Part shown: piece after piece, positions 1-14,664 of the stretch | How the letters are laid out: each line of letters opens with the position of its first letter | Position numbering within the stretch: position 1 is the first letter of the stretch | Origin: Lama guanicoe | Taxonomy: Eukaryota | Direction of reading: 5' to 3' | NCBI GenBank assembly: GCA_013239625.1 | Contig: MU054117.1 | Span: 620,001-684,000, forward strand | Length of the DNA: 64,000 nucleotides | The notes under the pieces: generated by a model | The model's input: only the letters and a program-made list of their open reading frames with translations | Databases searched by the model: none | What the model was told of the DNA's origin: nothing | Position numbers and translations under genes: made by a program

Positions 1-584
1 GTGAAGGTAATGCGAAACCACCTCAGTAAAAAATGACACAAAACAACAGACGAAAAAACGTAACAGGAAGGGGCTGAAAGATACAAGGACGGAGAGCTCT
101 CGGCTGGGAGCCGGGGGTGGGGGCCGCGGTCCGAGCAGAGAGGCCGCCTCTGGGGCGTGGGGGCCCTGGCTGAGGGCTGGGCCCGCGCCCGGGACAGGAC
201 ACGCCTGGTCAGCGGCTGATTTTGGCCTTTTGGCCCGGGGCCACCCATGGCCGGACTCCAGACCTTCAGAACCTGAGCCGATGGCTGGTGGGGTCACTGG
301 GGACCCGGCAGCGGGACAGCACCACAGGGGGCTGCGGCTGGTATGCGGGGGAGGCGGCTCCGTGCACAGCTCTGCGGTTGGACCGCCGGGTTGAAATCCA
401 CCCTGTGGCCACACCGGAGAGGCTGGCGGGGAGGAAGGCCCCAGAGGAGGCAGCGGGGAGAGGGAACGTGGGACCCACAGCTCCTGGGCCGGGAGGCAAT
501 CCTGGGCATCGCAGCCATGGGGGCAGCCTTCCAGGGGAAGGTCATGAGTGGTCCGACAGGAGCAGTGAGGCTCAAATACACTCG

Positions 585-1003
585 TCTCCTCCAGCTGGCT
601 GATGGCGCACCCCAGTGCACGGCCACATGGAACCTTAGATGGGACCTGAGCTGGAAACGGGGTCTTGGCAGATGTGGTTACTTAAGACCAGGTCATACTC
701 AATACAGGCGGGCACTAAGTCCAGTGGGGCTGTGTCCTTATCAGCAGAGGGGACACTTGGGGAAGGCGGCCGTGTGAAGATGGAGGCAGAGCCTGGAGGG
801 ACCCAGCCACAGGCCGAGGAGGGCTACCACCGCAGGCCCCGCGGACCCCGGGGAGGGGCCGGGACAGACGCTCCCTCGGAGACTCCGGGGACCCACCCCC
901 GACTGCCGACACCGTGGTCTTGGACGTCTGGCCTGATCCGTGAGACAGTACACCCTGTCGTTGTAAGCCGCCCAGTTTGTGATGGCTTGCACGGCAGACC
1001 TGG
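585..1003 (+). mobile_element. MaLR solo LTR (MLT1B/C-like)
   Basis: Diagnostic blocks: ggaaacggggtcttggcagatgt, gtgtccttatcag, gtgaagatggaggcagag, ttggacgtctggcct, ttgtaagccgcccagtttgtg. Confidence 0.75.
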
Positions 1004-2249
1004 CTGTGGTCCAGCTCCCAGAATGACCCGGCACACCTTCCTGCAGCCTTAAACTGTTCTCAGGACGGCCTGTGTGACTGTGGGACGTCGTAACGGTTGC
1101 TTCACACCAGCTTTGTGTCTTAGAGCCTCTGCCTTCTGCGTCCGCAGGTTGGCGGTCTGGGGCTGACCGCAGGGCGAGCCCGGGTTCTCGCCGAGTCCTC
1201 CCGCCTCGGGCTGCGTGAGGCTCGTCCTCCCAGATCCAGATGCTCCCTCTCGTTCCTTCTAGTTACCTCCAGGACTTGCCTTTGCCTCCTGGACTGAAGG
1301 GTTTAGCACCTTTGCAGGTGGGGGTGGGGGTGGGGGGGCGCGGTCTCCGACAGAGGTTTGCTCTGAGCTGGCGCCGTGGGCCCTTTGCGAGCTGGTCCTT
1401 TTTCACTTTTAAATTTTATCTCACGGTAGGAAAATACCGCGTATGAGACCTGCCCGCCCAGCAGGGCTTTGAGTGAACAGTGCAGGATCGGGAGCTACGG
1501 GGATGGTGCTCATCAGCGGACAGACATCTGTGTTTGAGATTCTCTTTGATTCTTGGCCTGACTTCCTGCCTGTCTGGCTCCTCCTTGGTCTCGGGAACCC
1601 ACGCTTCCCTGGGATGGGCTGCGAGCATCTGGCTCCCTGGTGGGGACTTGGCTGGGGCTGGGCTCTCGTGGACAGTGTGTCTTGATGGGTCTGGGTTCCA
1701 GCGCCAGGCACCACGGTTCCCCGTCGCTCCAGGATGAGGACTTACTCCTTTGCTTTACATTGAGCCTGAAGAACCGCAGACCTTTCCTTCCAGGAAAGCC
1801 TTTCTCCCTGGACAGAACTGTAACCAAAGCCATCGTGGAAAAGCTGGAAAGTAACGCAGTTAAAGGAAGAAGGTGGAAGTCACTGCTGATCCCACTGCTC
1901 AGCGACAGTCGAGGTTGACACGTCAGCGAACGGCCTTCCAGGTTTCCTTCCAGTCGTGCTCACGCGCACGGTGAGCGTGTGCTCAGTTCTCGCGCCGCCG
2001 GCGACGGGCCTGGTCACACCCGTGTGGACTGAGTCACAGCGCGGCTGCCGAGAGCATGTTCTTCAGCTGCCAAGCTCGGACTGTTTACGACGCTTTAAGG
2101 TGAGCTCGTTATTCTGACACGTGTCTTGTGGCCCTGTGAGTCTGTTCCTTCACTCCAGGTGTTTCTATCGCTTTGTGGAAGGATTTAGCTGAGAGGAGGC
2201 ACCTGTCTGGGTTAGCCACGGAGCTGCATTTCCACGTGTCACCACCTGT

Positions 2250-2335
2250 CTTGTTTTACAAATGAAGAAACGGAGGCAGAGAGAGAGTCAGTGATGGCCA
2301 CACGTGTAGTCAGGGTCAAGGCCCCGGCTCCCCAC
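2250..2335 (-). mobile_element. MIR fragment
   Basis: gttttacaaatgaagaaacggaggcagagagag, the MIR core. Confidence 0.6.
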
Positions 2336-2912
2336 CAGGGCTCCTGTTGGGGGCGGCCTGCGACTCCGAGGTGGAAACGTCAGAAGGGTGAGGGGACCCG
2401 CGGCCCGCCCTGTCTGGCTTCTCCAGTTACTATGCCGCTGGGTCTCCAGCGTTGCTCCCACGTGAAGCACCCATGTGGCGGGTTTGCGATGCGGGTTCTG
2501 AGATGGGGCTGGTGCTTGGGACACGGTGCCTTGAACAAGCTCGAACCTGCAGACTCTGGAGGGGCTGGAAGGTCTTGGGGTGCAGTGGCGTCGCCTCAGG
2601 GACATTCACAGCCTTTCCGGAGCAGCTCGGAAGTACCAACCAGTCAGGAGGACGGCGGGTCTTCGCAGCCAGGCTCTGCTGGGCGGACAGGAAGACCGTC
2701 CCTCCTTCCCGGCGACACCGGGGAGCGCTTGGCCCACCTGTCGGCTGGCGGAGCACTGGAGCTGGTGCGGCCAGCACGCGGCCTGTGTCCGCCTCCACCA
2801 CGGGCACTGGGACCCCTTCACTTTAACTTGTAAAGCGAGTTGAACATCTGACCCCACTTGGAGCTGGTAAAACCCCGGTGGGATGGGCTCGGCCCACAGC
2901 AGGTGACACTCA

Positions 2913-3314
<402 letters not shown>

Positions 3315-4148
3315 TCACAGCGGCCAGTCCTCGGAGGACCCACAGGGCGCCCGCAGGCGGATGCTGCAAGGGGCCTCGAGATGCATGTGCCTGTCCCTGA
3401 GCTGTGCGCAAAGCCCTCCCACAGAGTAGGGGCGCGTGGGCTTCGTCCTCAGCAGGCCCTCGCTTCCACCGAAGAGTGCCAAGTCCCCTGGCCTCGTCCC
3501 AACCCGAGCGCCTGCCGTGGCACATGGGGGCTCAGGGGCTCCCAGGCACCGGTGCCCAGGGCTCAGGAACCCCCGTAAGAGAGGCGGTGATGGGAGGAGG
3601 CTTGCGGGAGACGCGGGGGCGCTGCTCTCCTGTGTATCGAGAAGACACGCCTCTGCCCCAAACCGATCAGAGCTCTCGACGCTGGACCACCTCCTCCCGC
3701 TGGACCGCCTCCTCCCTCCCGTCCCACCACCCACAAGCTCGGGTGGGGGCTTGGCACTGGGGTCACCGTGAAGACAGCAGCACGAAGCCTGCTCCCAGGA
3801 GGGGCCGGGACGCAACCTCCTCTGGGTCGTGACTCACTGGAAATGTGGTGAAAACCTGATCCTCTCCCTGGACAAGTGGTGCTTCTGTGCACAATTCTGG
3901 GGTCTACAGACCCCTGAAGCCAGCGTGTGACCCTTTAATGGGTCTCCAATCCTGGGAGGGAGCCCAAACCTGTCCATCCTGGACGAGGGTCCTCCAGATG
4001 CGCGGGGTGCAGCCTGGAGTGGACCCTGACCCGGCCCCGTGGCAGCAGGGTCTCCCCGCTGTCCTCGTCCAGCGCCTGGGGACTCGCTGCTGGAAGGGGC
4101 TTCCCTCTGGCACAGGCTCCTTTCTTTAGCCCATAAAATCTGTCCTCA

Positions 4149-4478
<330 letters not shown>

Positions 4479-4844
4479 TTAGACGCCCGATCCAGCACTC
4501 ATGAGGGTAGACTTTCAGGCCGCCATCGTGCTGTACTTGGGGAGGACGACGGAATTCTCGGTGTTTACTGCCGCTTCCGTCAACTAACCATCTGACCGAA
4601 AGGCACTTCCCGAGTGTCACCCAGACATGCTCGATGGATAGACAGGCCTGCTGCAGGGGTGGCGTCAAGGTCGGCCCGGCCCCGGACGTGCTACGGCGAG
4701 CACTTAACTCGCTGTCCTAGCACTGAGACCTGTCCTTCTGCTCAACTGAATAGCAGGGACGTTCTTCACCAAACGCCTCCGACTGCTGGCTTTCGACCCT
4801 CGATCCTGACCCTGGCGTCCTGCGCAGCCCAGTGCCGGCAGCGG

Positions 4845-5168
4845 CCCCCTGTGCTGACCCGCCTCTCCTGCAGGTGTGGCCACCTCCCCCCCCCCCCCCC
4901 CCTCCTGACCCCCCCCTCCGCGCTCGCCCGCCTCCCCCCCCGGCNNNNNNNNNNNNNNNNNNNNNNNNNNNNNNNNNNNNNNNNNNNNNNNNNNNNNNNN
5001 NNNNNNNNNNNNNNNNNNNNNNNNNNNNNNNNNNNNNNNNNNNNNNNNNNNNNNNNNNNNNNNNNNNNNNNNNNNNNNNNNNNNNNNNNNNNNNNNNNNN
5101 CCCCCCCCCCGACCCTGTGCTGACCCGCCTCTCCGTGCTGACCTGCCTCTCCTGCAGGCGTGGCCGCA
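4845..5168. repeat. GC-rich minisatellite spanning N gap 4945-5100
   Basis: Unit ctgtgctgacccgcctctcc(tgcaggYgtggcc) recurs on both sides of the gap; poly-C flanks. Confidence 0.7.
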
Positions 5169-5207
5169 CCGACCCTCGCAGCTTCAGCCTTGCCCCCTGG
5201 GGACTTA

Positions 5208-6171
<964 letters not shown>

Positions 6172-6940
6172 TTATGCAAAAGTAACAAACTGCACCTTGT
6201 TGCCAAGTCCCTCTTTTCACAACCACGTTACGTTCTGAGAGTCAGCCGTTTGGATGTATCGCTAGTTGATTCCTCTTAACCCCGGAGAGCAGGTGCTCTC
6301 TGGATAAGGCCCCCACCGCCCTGCTGAGGCTCGTCTTTGCTTTTCTGTCTTGCTGTCGCAGAGAAGCCTGCGGTCGCCACACGGGCCGGTCCACGCCTGC
6401 CTGGAGGTGGAGTTGCCAGGGGCCGGTGGGCGTGGCCTCACTGCCAGGGTCTGCTCCAAGGGCCTTGCTTATTCTCCAAGGGTCTGCTTCCGGCGTCAGA
6501 GCTCTACAGAACTGCCAAGCCTTTTCTCAGCACGACTGAGGCGCAACTGACAAATAAAACTAAGCTGTTTAGAGCGTAGCCGCGATGGTTTGATGGACGT
6601 GCACATCCTCCCACCTGGCTGCTTAGCACATGCACCACCTGACACAGCTATCTGTGCGTGTGTGTGAGGACTTTCAAGTCTGCTGTCATACGGTCAGTGT
6701 TGTAACTGCCGTCACCCCGTCAGACCTGAGGCCTCAGACCTCGGTCACCTTACGGCTGGGAGCTCGCGCCCCGATACCAGCCTCTCCCTGTCTGCTCCCC
6801 CCCACCACCGGCCCCCGGCAACCACTTTTCTTTTCTGTTTTTGAGTTTAGACTTGTCAGCTCTTGGTGTTAGTGAATTTTAAAAAATTTTGCTCATGTGA
6901 TGTGTGTGAAATGGTATTTCATTGCTGTTTTAATTTGGTT

Positions 6941-7062
6941 GTTTTTTTGGGGGGTAGGTAATTAGGTTTATCTACTTATTACTTTTGGTGGAGGTGCTGG
7001 GACTGAACCCAGGCCCTCGTACATGCTAGGCACGCACTCTACCATTGAGCTATGCCCTACCC
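6941..7062 (-). mobile_element. Camelid tRNA-derived SINE (Vic-1 type)
   Basis: Minus strand GGGTAGGGCATAGCTCAATGGTAGAGTGCGTGCCTAGCATGTACGAGGGCCTGGGTTCAGTCCCAGCACCTCC...AAACCTAATTACC...A-tail; Pol III A and B boxes. Confidence 0.85.
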
Positions 7063-7727
7063 ACCTCCTTTTTCTGGTGTATATTTTTTAACTGAAGTAT
7101 AGTCAGTTTACAATGTTGTGTCAATTTCTAATTTGGTTTTAAAATGATGAATAGGCCAAGAAATGTTACTTCATCTTCTGCTGAGTCGCCTGTCTGCCCA
7201 CGGGCTGTCTGTCTAGCTCATTTGAAGGGTTCTTCCGTACGTTCTTTATATTGGTCCTCCGTCAGCTATGTGCATTGCAAGGAAAGTCCCAGTCTGCGGC
7301 TTGTTCCCAGTTTTATTTATGGTGTCTTGTGATGAATCTAAGTTTAAATTTCAATGTGATCAAATGAGAATTTTCCCTCTGTTTTGTGCTTTTTGCGGCT
7401 TGTCTAAAAAAAAAAATCCAGCCCTATTCTAGGTTATAAAAAACGCTTCTCCTATATGTTCTAAAAGATCTAAAATTTTGTTTTTCATAATGATTTCGTA
7501 AGAACCCATTAACCTGGAGTTTATTTTTGCACTCGATATGAGGAAGAAAAATGCTTTATGTTTTTCTGTCTAGGTAACCAACTTTCTTAATACAGTTCAC
7601 TGAGCAGCCCACCTGTGTCTGCAGATGTGAAATTGTGGGTCATGTTTCAAGACCTGTGGGTCTTGGGCAAGTGTGTTCACTCTCCTCTATCGGTTTGTCA
7701 CTGTGGCTCTGGGGTTCCACGTTGCCT

Positions 7728-7893
7728 TTTCCTTTTTTTTAAGTGGCTTCTTTTTTTAATTAAATTCTTCTTTTTTTGGGGGGGGTGATTCGATTTATTT
7801 ACTTATTTATTTACACGGAGGCGCTGGGGACTGAACCCAGGACCTTTTTCATGCTGCGCACACGCTCCACCGCTGAGCTGTGTACCCACCTCC
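7728..7893 (-). mobile_element. Camelid tRNA-derived SINE (Vic-1 type) with TSD
   Basis: A/B boxes (AGCTCAGCGGTGGAGCG; GGTTCAGTCCCC), A-rich tail; TSD ccacgttg(c/t)ct at 7717-7727 and 7894-7904. Confidence 0.8.
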
Positions 7894-8371
7894 CCACGTT
7901 GTCTCAGTAACTCCAGGTTGTCGGACGTCATGATCCCACAGAGAGTGAGCCCGCCCAGCTCTGCTGCTCTTTGATTCCACAGACACGTCAGAATCAGCCC
8001 GCCAAGCCCCGCAAACCACTGAGCGTCTGACTGAAACTGCATCAAAACACAGGTGAACTCGGGGAACGTGGCATCTTTGAGTCTGCTCTACATTTACTTG
8101 GGCCTTTTAAAATGTCTTTTAATAAAAGCTTATAGTTTCTCCATATCCATCTGTCGTTAGATTATTTCTAGATACCTTCTTTAAAACAAAGAAATAAAAT
8201 GTCGCCGTTATAAATGGTACTTTTACGAAGTTGTATTTTTCCATTGGCAGCAGATGTGGAGAGAAGCCGCTGACTTTACCGACAGATGTGCTGAACTCTC
8301 TGTTCTGAGGTTTCTCTCCGAGAGTCTACATGGGCAATCGATTTTTGAAAAGATGTTTTATTTACATATTT

Positions 8372-9600
8372 TCTTTTTTTTACTGCGGTAAAAGACACAT
8401 AGCATAGAACTGACCATCTTAACCACCTTCAGTGTGCAGCTCAGTGGTATTAAACACACTCGCACGGTTGTGCTGAGACAACCACGCACCTCCCTGACTC
8501 TTCTCGCCGTGTGAAGCTGAAGCCCCACGCCGGTTACGCAGCAACTCCCTGTCCTCCAGCCCCCCAGGCGCCGGCAGCCGCCTCCTACTCCCGCGCCTGC
8601 GAATGTTCTAAGTACCGCACGCAAGTGGGATCACGCAGAACACTTGTCCTTTTGTGACGGACTTGCTTCACCGGGCATAGTTTTCTCAGGCTTCCTCCGT
8701 GTCGTAGCAGGTGTCAGAACCGCCTTCTCCTGAGGCTGAATAATATTCCGCTGCGTGTACAGACCGCATTTTGCTTATCCACTCATCTGTCGATGGACAC
8801 AATGCTTCCGTGCTTAAGCTCCTGTGAGTAACGTTCCCAAGAACACGGCGTACAAACGTCTCTTTGCGTTCTTGCTTTCAGTTCTTTTAGGTACAGACCC
8901 CGAAGTGGAATTGCTGGGTCGTGCGTTAGTTCTGTTGTTAAATTTCTGAGGAACAGCCGTGCTGCTTCCCGCAGTGGCTGTTACCGTTTCACATTCTCAC
9001 CAAAACGCACGAAGATTCCAGTTTCTGCACGTTGTCACCGGCCCTTGTCCTCCTCCGATGGTAGCCGTCCCGGTGGGCGTGGAGTGGCATCTCGCTGCAG
9101 TTTGGATTCGCATTTGCCTAACGATGAGCGATGCTGACCATCTGTCCGTGGGCCCCCTGGCCGGGTTCACGCCATCTCTGGAGAAATGTCTATTTGAGTC
9201 CTTTGCCCACTTTTTTTTTTAACATTTTTTATTGATTCATAATCATTTTACAGTGTTGTGTCAGATTCCAGTGTTCAGCACAGTTTTTCAGTCACTCATG
9301 GACATATGCACACTCATTGTCACGTTTTTTTCTCTGTGAGTTATCGTAACATTTTGTGTACATTTCCCTGTGCTACACAGTGTGATCTTGTTTATCTATC
9401 CTACAATTCTGAAATCCCAGTCTATCCCTTCCCACCCTCCACCCCCCGGCAACCACAAGTCTGTATTCTCTGTCTGTGAGTCTATTTCTGTCCTGTATTT
9501 ACGCTTTGTTTTTGTTTGTTTGTTTGTTTGTTTATCTTCTTTGCCCACTTTTACATGGGGTTGTTTGCTTTTTTCTTCTTTTGTCATTGAGTTTGACAGT
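8372..9600 (-). mobile_element. L1MB-like 3'UTR and ORF2 end (host of a younger L1)
   Basis: ggctgaataatattcc, ttatccactcatctgtcgatggaca, gaagtggaattgctgggtc, gagaaatgtctatttgagtcctttgccca. Confidence 0.85.
9215..9538 (-). mobile_element. Young 5'-truncated camelid-type L1 3' end
   Basis: Poly-T at 9211-9220; 14-bp TSD ctttgcccactttt at 9201-9214 and 9539-9552; ccccggcaaccacaagtctgtattctctgtctgtgagtct motif. Confidence 0.85.
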
Positions 9601-9749
9601 TGGTTTTTGGGCAATCAATTTTGCTCCTTCTTCAGTTCTTGCCCTTTGATTTAATTTTTTCATCTCACTGCATTGGCTACAACTTGCGGTGTCACGTAGA
9701 CTAGGAGAAGTGAGCGCGTATGAGCTCCTCTGTCACAGGGACGGGCCGG

Positions 9750-10101
9750 CTGTCACCTGTTTCGGACCCAATGTCTGTGTCCTCAGAATTCCTGTGCTGA
9801 AGCCCTGGACCTCAGCGTGACGGTGCTGGCAGGCGCTTCGGTTTAGGCCAGGTCGTGAGGCAGGGGCCCGCGTAGGGAGATTAGTGTACTTATAAGAGCA
9901 GGAGGAGAGACTAGCGCTCGCCCCCTCCACCCTGCGAGGGCCCAGCGGGGCCCGGAAGAGGGCTCTCCCCAGGAACAGGATCGCCCAGAACCTTGACCTT
10001 GGACTTTCAGACTTCCAGCCTCCAGAAGTTCGAGGAAGGAAGGTCTGCTGTTTACCACCCCGTCTGCGGTGTTTGTTGCAGCACAGCGAGCAGACTTACA
10101 C
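9750..10101 (+). mobile_element. MaLR solo LTR (MLT1A-like)
   Basis: gattagtgtacttataagag, gacttccagcctccagaa, gtgtttgttgcagcacagcgagcagacttacaca 3' end. Confidence 0.8.
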
Positions 10102-10129
10102 ATTCTCAGGAGGGAGCGTGACTGTTCGT

Positions 10130-11790
10130 CTTCCCTGTGCCCGTCCTGTTAATTGCTACAAGGTTCTGGAGTTGACTTCCTTGGGTTTTCCACTTGCATC
10201 AGCCAAAGCTGTCGGTAAACACCACACACTTGCATTTTGACACTTCTTGAGTCTTCCCCTTTCTTGTTGCTTTTCGCCTTGCGTTGTCTCACGGGAGGAC
10301 TGGGGAGGTTTCTACCCGTTTCCGCTCCCGGAAGGTTGTGTGACACAGGAACGTTGACGTTTTGGTGGAAATCACACGTGAAAATGCTGGCTCCTGGGCC
10401 CACTGGAGGACTAACCTTCGACGGCCGTATCAGTTTCTGTCGCGGTTAACCAAAAAATTTCTCCTTGAGACAATTTTTACAATTTATACTTTCTTACATG
10501 AGAGCATCTTCTTCGTCTAGGTTCTCGGACATGTCGGCCTAAGTTGGTGATGTTCTCTTCGTTCTAAAATCACCCCCACATCTGCGGTTACGTTGCTTTT
10601 TCTTACTCCTGACGTTGCGTCTTTCTTTGTTTTTTTAATTGGATTTGATGAAAGTTTGTCTATTTATTGGTCTGTTCAAACCATCTGTTTTCAGGTTTAT
10701 TGATAAATATTTTTGCTTCGTATTTTGTTACCTTCTGCTTTTATTTTAATAAGTGCATTCCTTCTTGCTTTAGGGTTATTTTGGCATTCTTTTTCATGAA
10801 TTAGTTTACTTTTAGTAAATTTTAAAACGCAGGTTAGTTTTGGCTCTGAATTTCCTCTGCTTCCTCCTCTCTAAGCAGTTTGCAGCTTCAGCTGTGAGGT
10901 ACTCAGAACAGTGACTCAAGCGCCACGACACGTCGTAACCGTAAACCTCAGCATTGCTCTGCTCGGTGTTACTCTGCTCACTGCTGCTCCGAGTAGTTTT
11001 CCTTTCTGTGAGAACGTCCCTGTGTGATCGTGTCAGAGATGGTTCACGCGGAAAGCCTCCTCACGCTCTGGAAAGGCCTACATTTTGTCACTTGGATGCT
11101 GATCGGGCTGCGTCCCAGGAGGCTGGGTCCCAAAGCCCACTCTCCTCCCAACACCGAGTCCGTCACCCGCCTCCCAGCACGCCCGGGACGGTGGCCCGCA
11201 GCCCAGCGGCACCCGGTCCCTGGCAAGCGGTTCGCTTCGCCCTCTTGGGAAGCCTTCGGGATTCCTGCCTTACTCCTGGTTTTCTGCAGCCTCGTCGCGG
11301 GTCTGGTGGAGGCCCCTTTGCGCTGCGCCTGCCCGCCCTCGCAGGCCCTCCCGTCCAAAGGCTCCTGTCTTCACTTGCCCTTTCCCTGGTCTGTGGTCCC
11401 TTCTCTCCACGCCTCTGGCTCGTTCTGTCTGAGTCTGTGTCATGAAGATGGGGCTTCCTGGCTCTGACCTCCATCCACGTGTCAACTCTCATATTTTCAA
11501 CCTTTGTCTCTTTTGCCGTGTAAGGACACAGCCCCTGCCTCGGTCTTTCAGATCGTGACTCCCCTCTTCAGCTGCATCCACTTCAAACCGTCTCAGCAGT
11601 GTGTCTGCCTGCGTCCTCTCTGACTTGCTCTCGTTCACAACGACCTCTTCTCCTCCTGCTCCTTTTCAGGCTGACAGACGTCTCATGCTCTGAAATTCCT
11701 CTAAAGACACAAACTGTATTTATCTCCAGATATCTGGGGCCTCTGTATTCTCTGCGCGTCCGCATGTTCGCTCACCTGTAGTTGCGCGTC
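10130..11790 (-). mobile_element. Degenerate old L1 ORF2/ORF1 remnants
   Basis: T-rich plus strand with L1-like blocks (tgaaaatgctggctcctgggc, gtttgtctatttattggtctgttcaaa, ctcttcagctgcatccac). Confidence 0.55.
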
Positions 11791-13034
11791 TTTCTTCCTT
11801 GACGCTGGTTGTTCCGCGACACTCTGGGGAGGTGCAGAGCCCGGCCCACATCTCTGTGGATCAAGCTCTCGTTGCAGGAGCCTCTCTGGGGACCAGGGGA
11901 GAAAGCCAAGTCGTGCGACCGAGGGGTCGCCTCTCTCGGAGGGCGGGCTCCCCGGGGCCCTGCTCTGCCTCTCAGACCCAAGGCCCTGGGCTGTGATGCC
12001 AGGGCTCCGCTCTCAGCCTGTGGGCATCGTAGGCAAATGCTCTCCAAATGTGGTCCCCGAGCAAGCAGCCCGGTCGTCGCCCCAGGCCCCTGGCGCCTCG
12101 TCCCGCGGGTCCTGAGCTCGGGGAAGCCCCGGGGACCGCGCCCTCCGTGGCACCCTGCGTGGGCATGTGTTTCCCCGACTCGGGCCTTCTCCCGCTGGAC
12201 CCCACCCGCCCGCTCTCACTTAGGGCCCCTCGCGTGGCTGGCTGGCCGGCAGCACACTTCGGGGTTTCGTCCTTCCTCATTCGTTCACAGACTGTCTCCT
12301 GCCACCGAGGACTTTTGCAAAGGAGGGGGAGACCCGGAGCTCCGCTGCGTAACTGTGTCCAATCCCGCATTTAAGCGCAGCTCAGGCCTAGGTGCTGTTG
12401 CTGAGCTGGGGCTCACAGCAGCCCCCGTGTTCTCACGGCCGCGGTCTGAGGGAGGCGTGCTGTCAGGCTGACGTTCAAGCGCGAGTTAATACGTTTGAGC
12501 AACTGCGACACTTGGGCGCGGATGTGGGGACAGGACTCTGCAGGACACAGTGAAGGGGGTGAGCTGACGGGGACGGCCCCCGGGCCTTCTGGAAAGGCCC
12601 CCACGGAGGGGCCAGGGCTCACTGCCTCTGCCGGTGCCACAGGCTGTGGACCTCACGTGTGAGAACGGACTCGAGAAGTGATGTGGTCCGGGAGCGGAGG
12701 AACCCCAGACGGGGCCCAGCGTCCCAGGCTGCGATGAGCAGGGGTGACTGAGGCCCCGATGCGGGGAGACGCAGCGACAGCTGCGGGGTGGCTCCCAGGA
12801 GGCGGGGCTCGTGCTGGCCCAGACGAGGGGTACTGAGTGTGGGAGACTGGACCCCCGAGACGGCCAGCACACCAACTCTGGAGCCCGAGCGGCTTGCGGG
12901 AGGAAGCTGAGTCTCGCTCAAGGTCACTCAAGGTCACAGAGCGAGGGCGCTGCGGGCCGGCTCTGGACGGGCTTGGCCTCCAACCAGGGGGCGCTTCAGA
13001 GTGACTTCGCATCCCCAGCTGATGTCCCATGTCA

Positions 13035-13352
<318 letters not shown>

Positions 13353-13639
13353 TCACAGCTGACCTTGGACAGGCTGGCCCACAAGCTCCACCTGGAGGGC
13401 CTCACGGGGGAGGCGCCTGACCCCCGTCCAGCCCCGAAGCCCGGCCTCCACACTGCACAGGCAGCAGCAGACGCGTGCCCTTCACCCCCCGGGAGCGGGG
13501 CTGAGAGCCAAGGCCTCAGCTCTGTTTCTGCGAGGACAGAGGCCTCGCTGGCCTTCCTCTTTCTTTTTTCTTTCTTTCCTTTTTCTCTTTTGTTTCTGAT
13601 TGCAGATTCTTGAGAATATTTTTCTTGTCTTCTTTTTCA

Positions 13640-13900
13640 AAAAGCTTTATTGAGGACTAATTAACAAGGATAACTGCACGTATTTAAAGTGCGCAGCGCG
13701 GTGGTGACCCGATGTGCACTGTGGTCTCGTCCCCGAGATGGGGGTGCTCACCCAGCCGCCACCCCACAGTCACCATGGGGACCCCCTTTCTGCGGTGAGA
13801 AAGCCGGGCCCCACTCCGGAGCTTTCAGAGCCCAGCCCTGCGTGTGAGCTCCAGGCTCCGCTGGAGGCGTTCAGCTCTGTGCACCCAAGCACTCTCCCAA
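13640..13900 (-). mobile_element. L1MA-like 3' end fragment
   Basis: agctttattgagg...actgcacgtatttaaagtgcgcagc...tgcggtgagaa. Confidence 0.6.
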
Positions 13901-14598
13901 GTTCCGTCCATGGAGTCGGGGTGGGGGGGGGCGGAAGCTCAAGTCGTCCTTGACCTCAGAGGCCTCCTTTTGTGTTTTTTCTGGCCGTTTAAAGCTACGA
14001 TTATCTCAGGAATGGCCACCCTTGGTCGGGGGCCAGGCTGCTCTCTCATCTGAAAAGGGTGAACCCTGTGAACCTTGGGGTCCTGTGACCAGCAAGTGGA
14101 GGAAGCGAGCTGAGGCGCTGCTGCCGCGGGCAGGAGCCTCCCCCGGGCGGGGCGCTGCGCTGAGCCCCGCCAGCCTGGGCGGCTGCAGACTAGGTGTGGG
14201 GCAGGGCCGGGTGCAGGGGGCCCGTTCGACTGGGAGGGCTGCACCCCCCCCTCCACCGTCTTTAGGTCTCCTGAATGCCACTGGTCCGGTGGGTCTCGGG
14301 CCGTCAGACCTGGGAAGGTGGTGCCGTCTGACACGCGCTTCCCGCTGTCTCCTGAAAGGGGCCTGGCCCTCCTCAGGCCCTTTGTGTGACTTGGGGGAGT
14401 CCTGCCCCATCCAGAGCAGAACCCAGGCCAGGGCGAAGGGGGAAGGCCTCTGAGCTTGGCCTTGGCAGGGTCCACAGGGGACGCTCCGACTCCTGCGACC
14501 TTCTGGCGCCAGAAGGAGCTTGTGGAGGTGCGGGGAGGAGGGTGTGGGCTGGGCCTGGGAGGAGGAAGGAGGAGGAGTGGGGGCGCGGCGGGTCCTAC

Positions 14599-14664
14599 CT
14601 GCATCCCGATGACGGCGTAGATGAAGAAGAGCATCACGATCAGGAGGGCCACGTAGGGCAGGGC
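14599..14664 (-). CDS. CACNA1C: CACNA1C exon 35 (66 nt): IVS5
   Basis: ALPYVALLIVMLFFIYAVIGMQ; |GTAGGA donor. Confidence 0.98.

Noticed and set aside
22-100. U-rich stretch with TTTCAG acceptor and GAG|GTGGTT donor (52-nt pseudo-exon) in intron 40
   Set aside because: Weak donor, frameshifting, U-rich body and truncated by the window edge; exon 41 (NLEQANEEL...) is not in the window
3932-3941. CArG box CCTTTAATGG, and a MEF2-like CTATAAATAA at 63417-63426
   Set aside because: Isolated short motifs expected by chance in 64 kb; no clustering visible
6990-7062. tRNA-like A/B box sequences (also near 7820-7890 and 50770-50841)
   Set aside because: These are heads of tRNA-derived SINEs with A-rich tails, not tRNA genes
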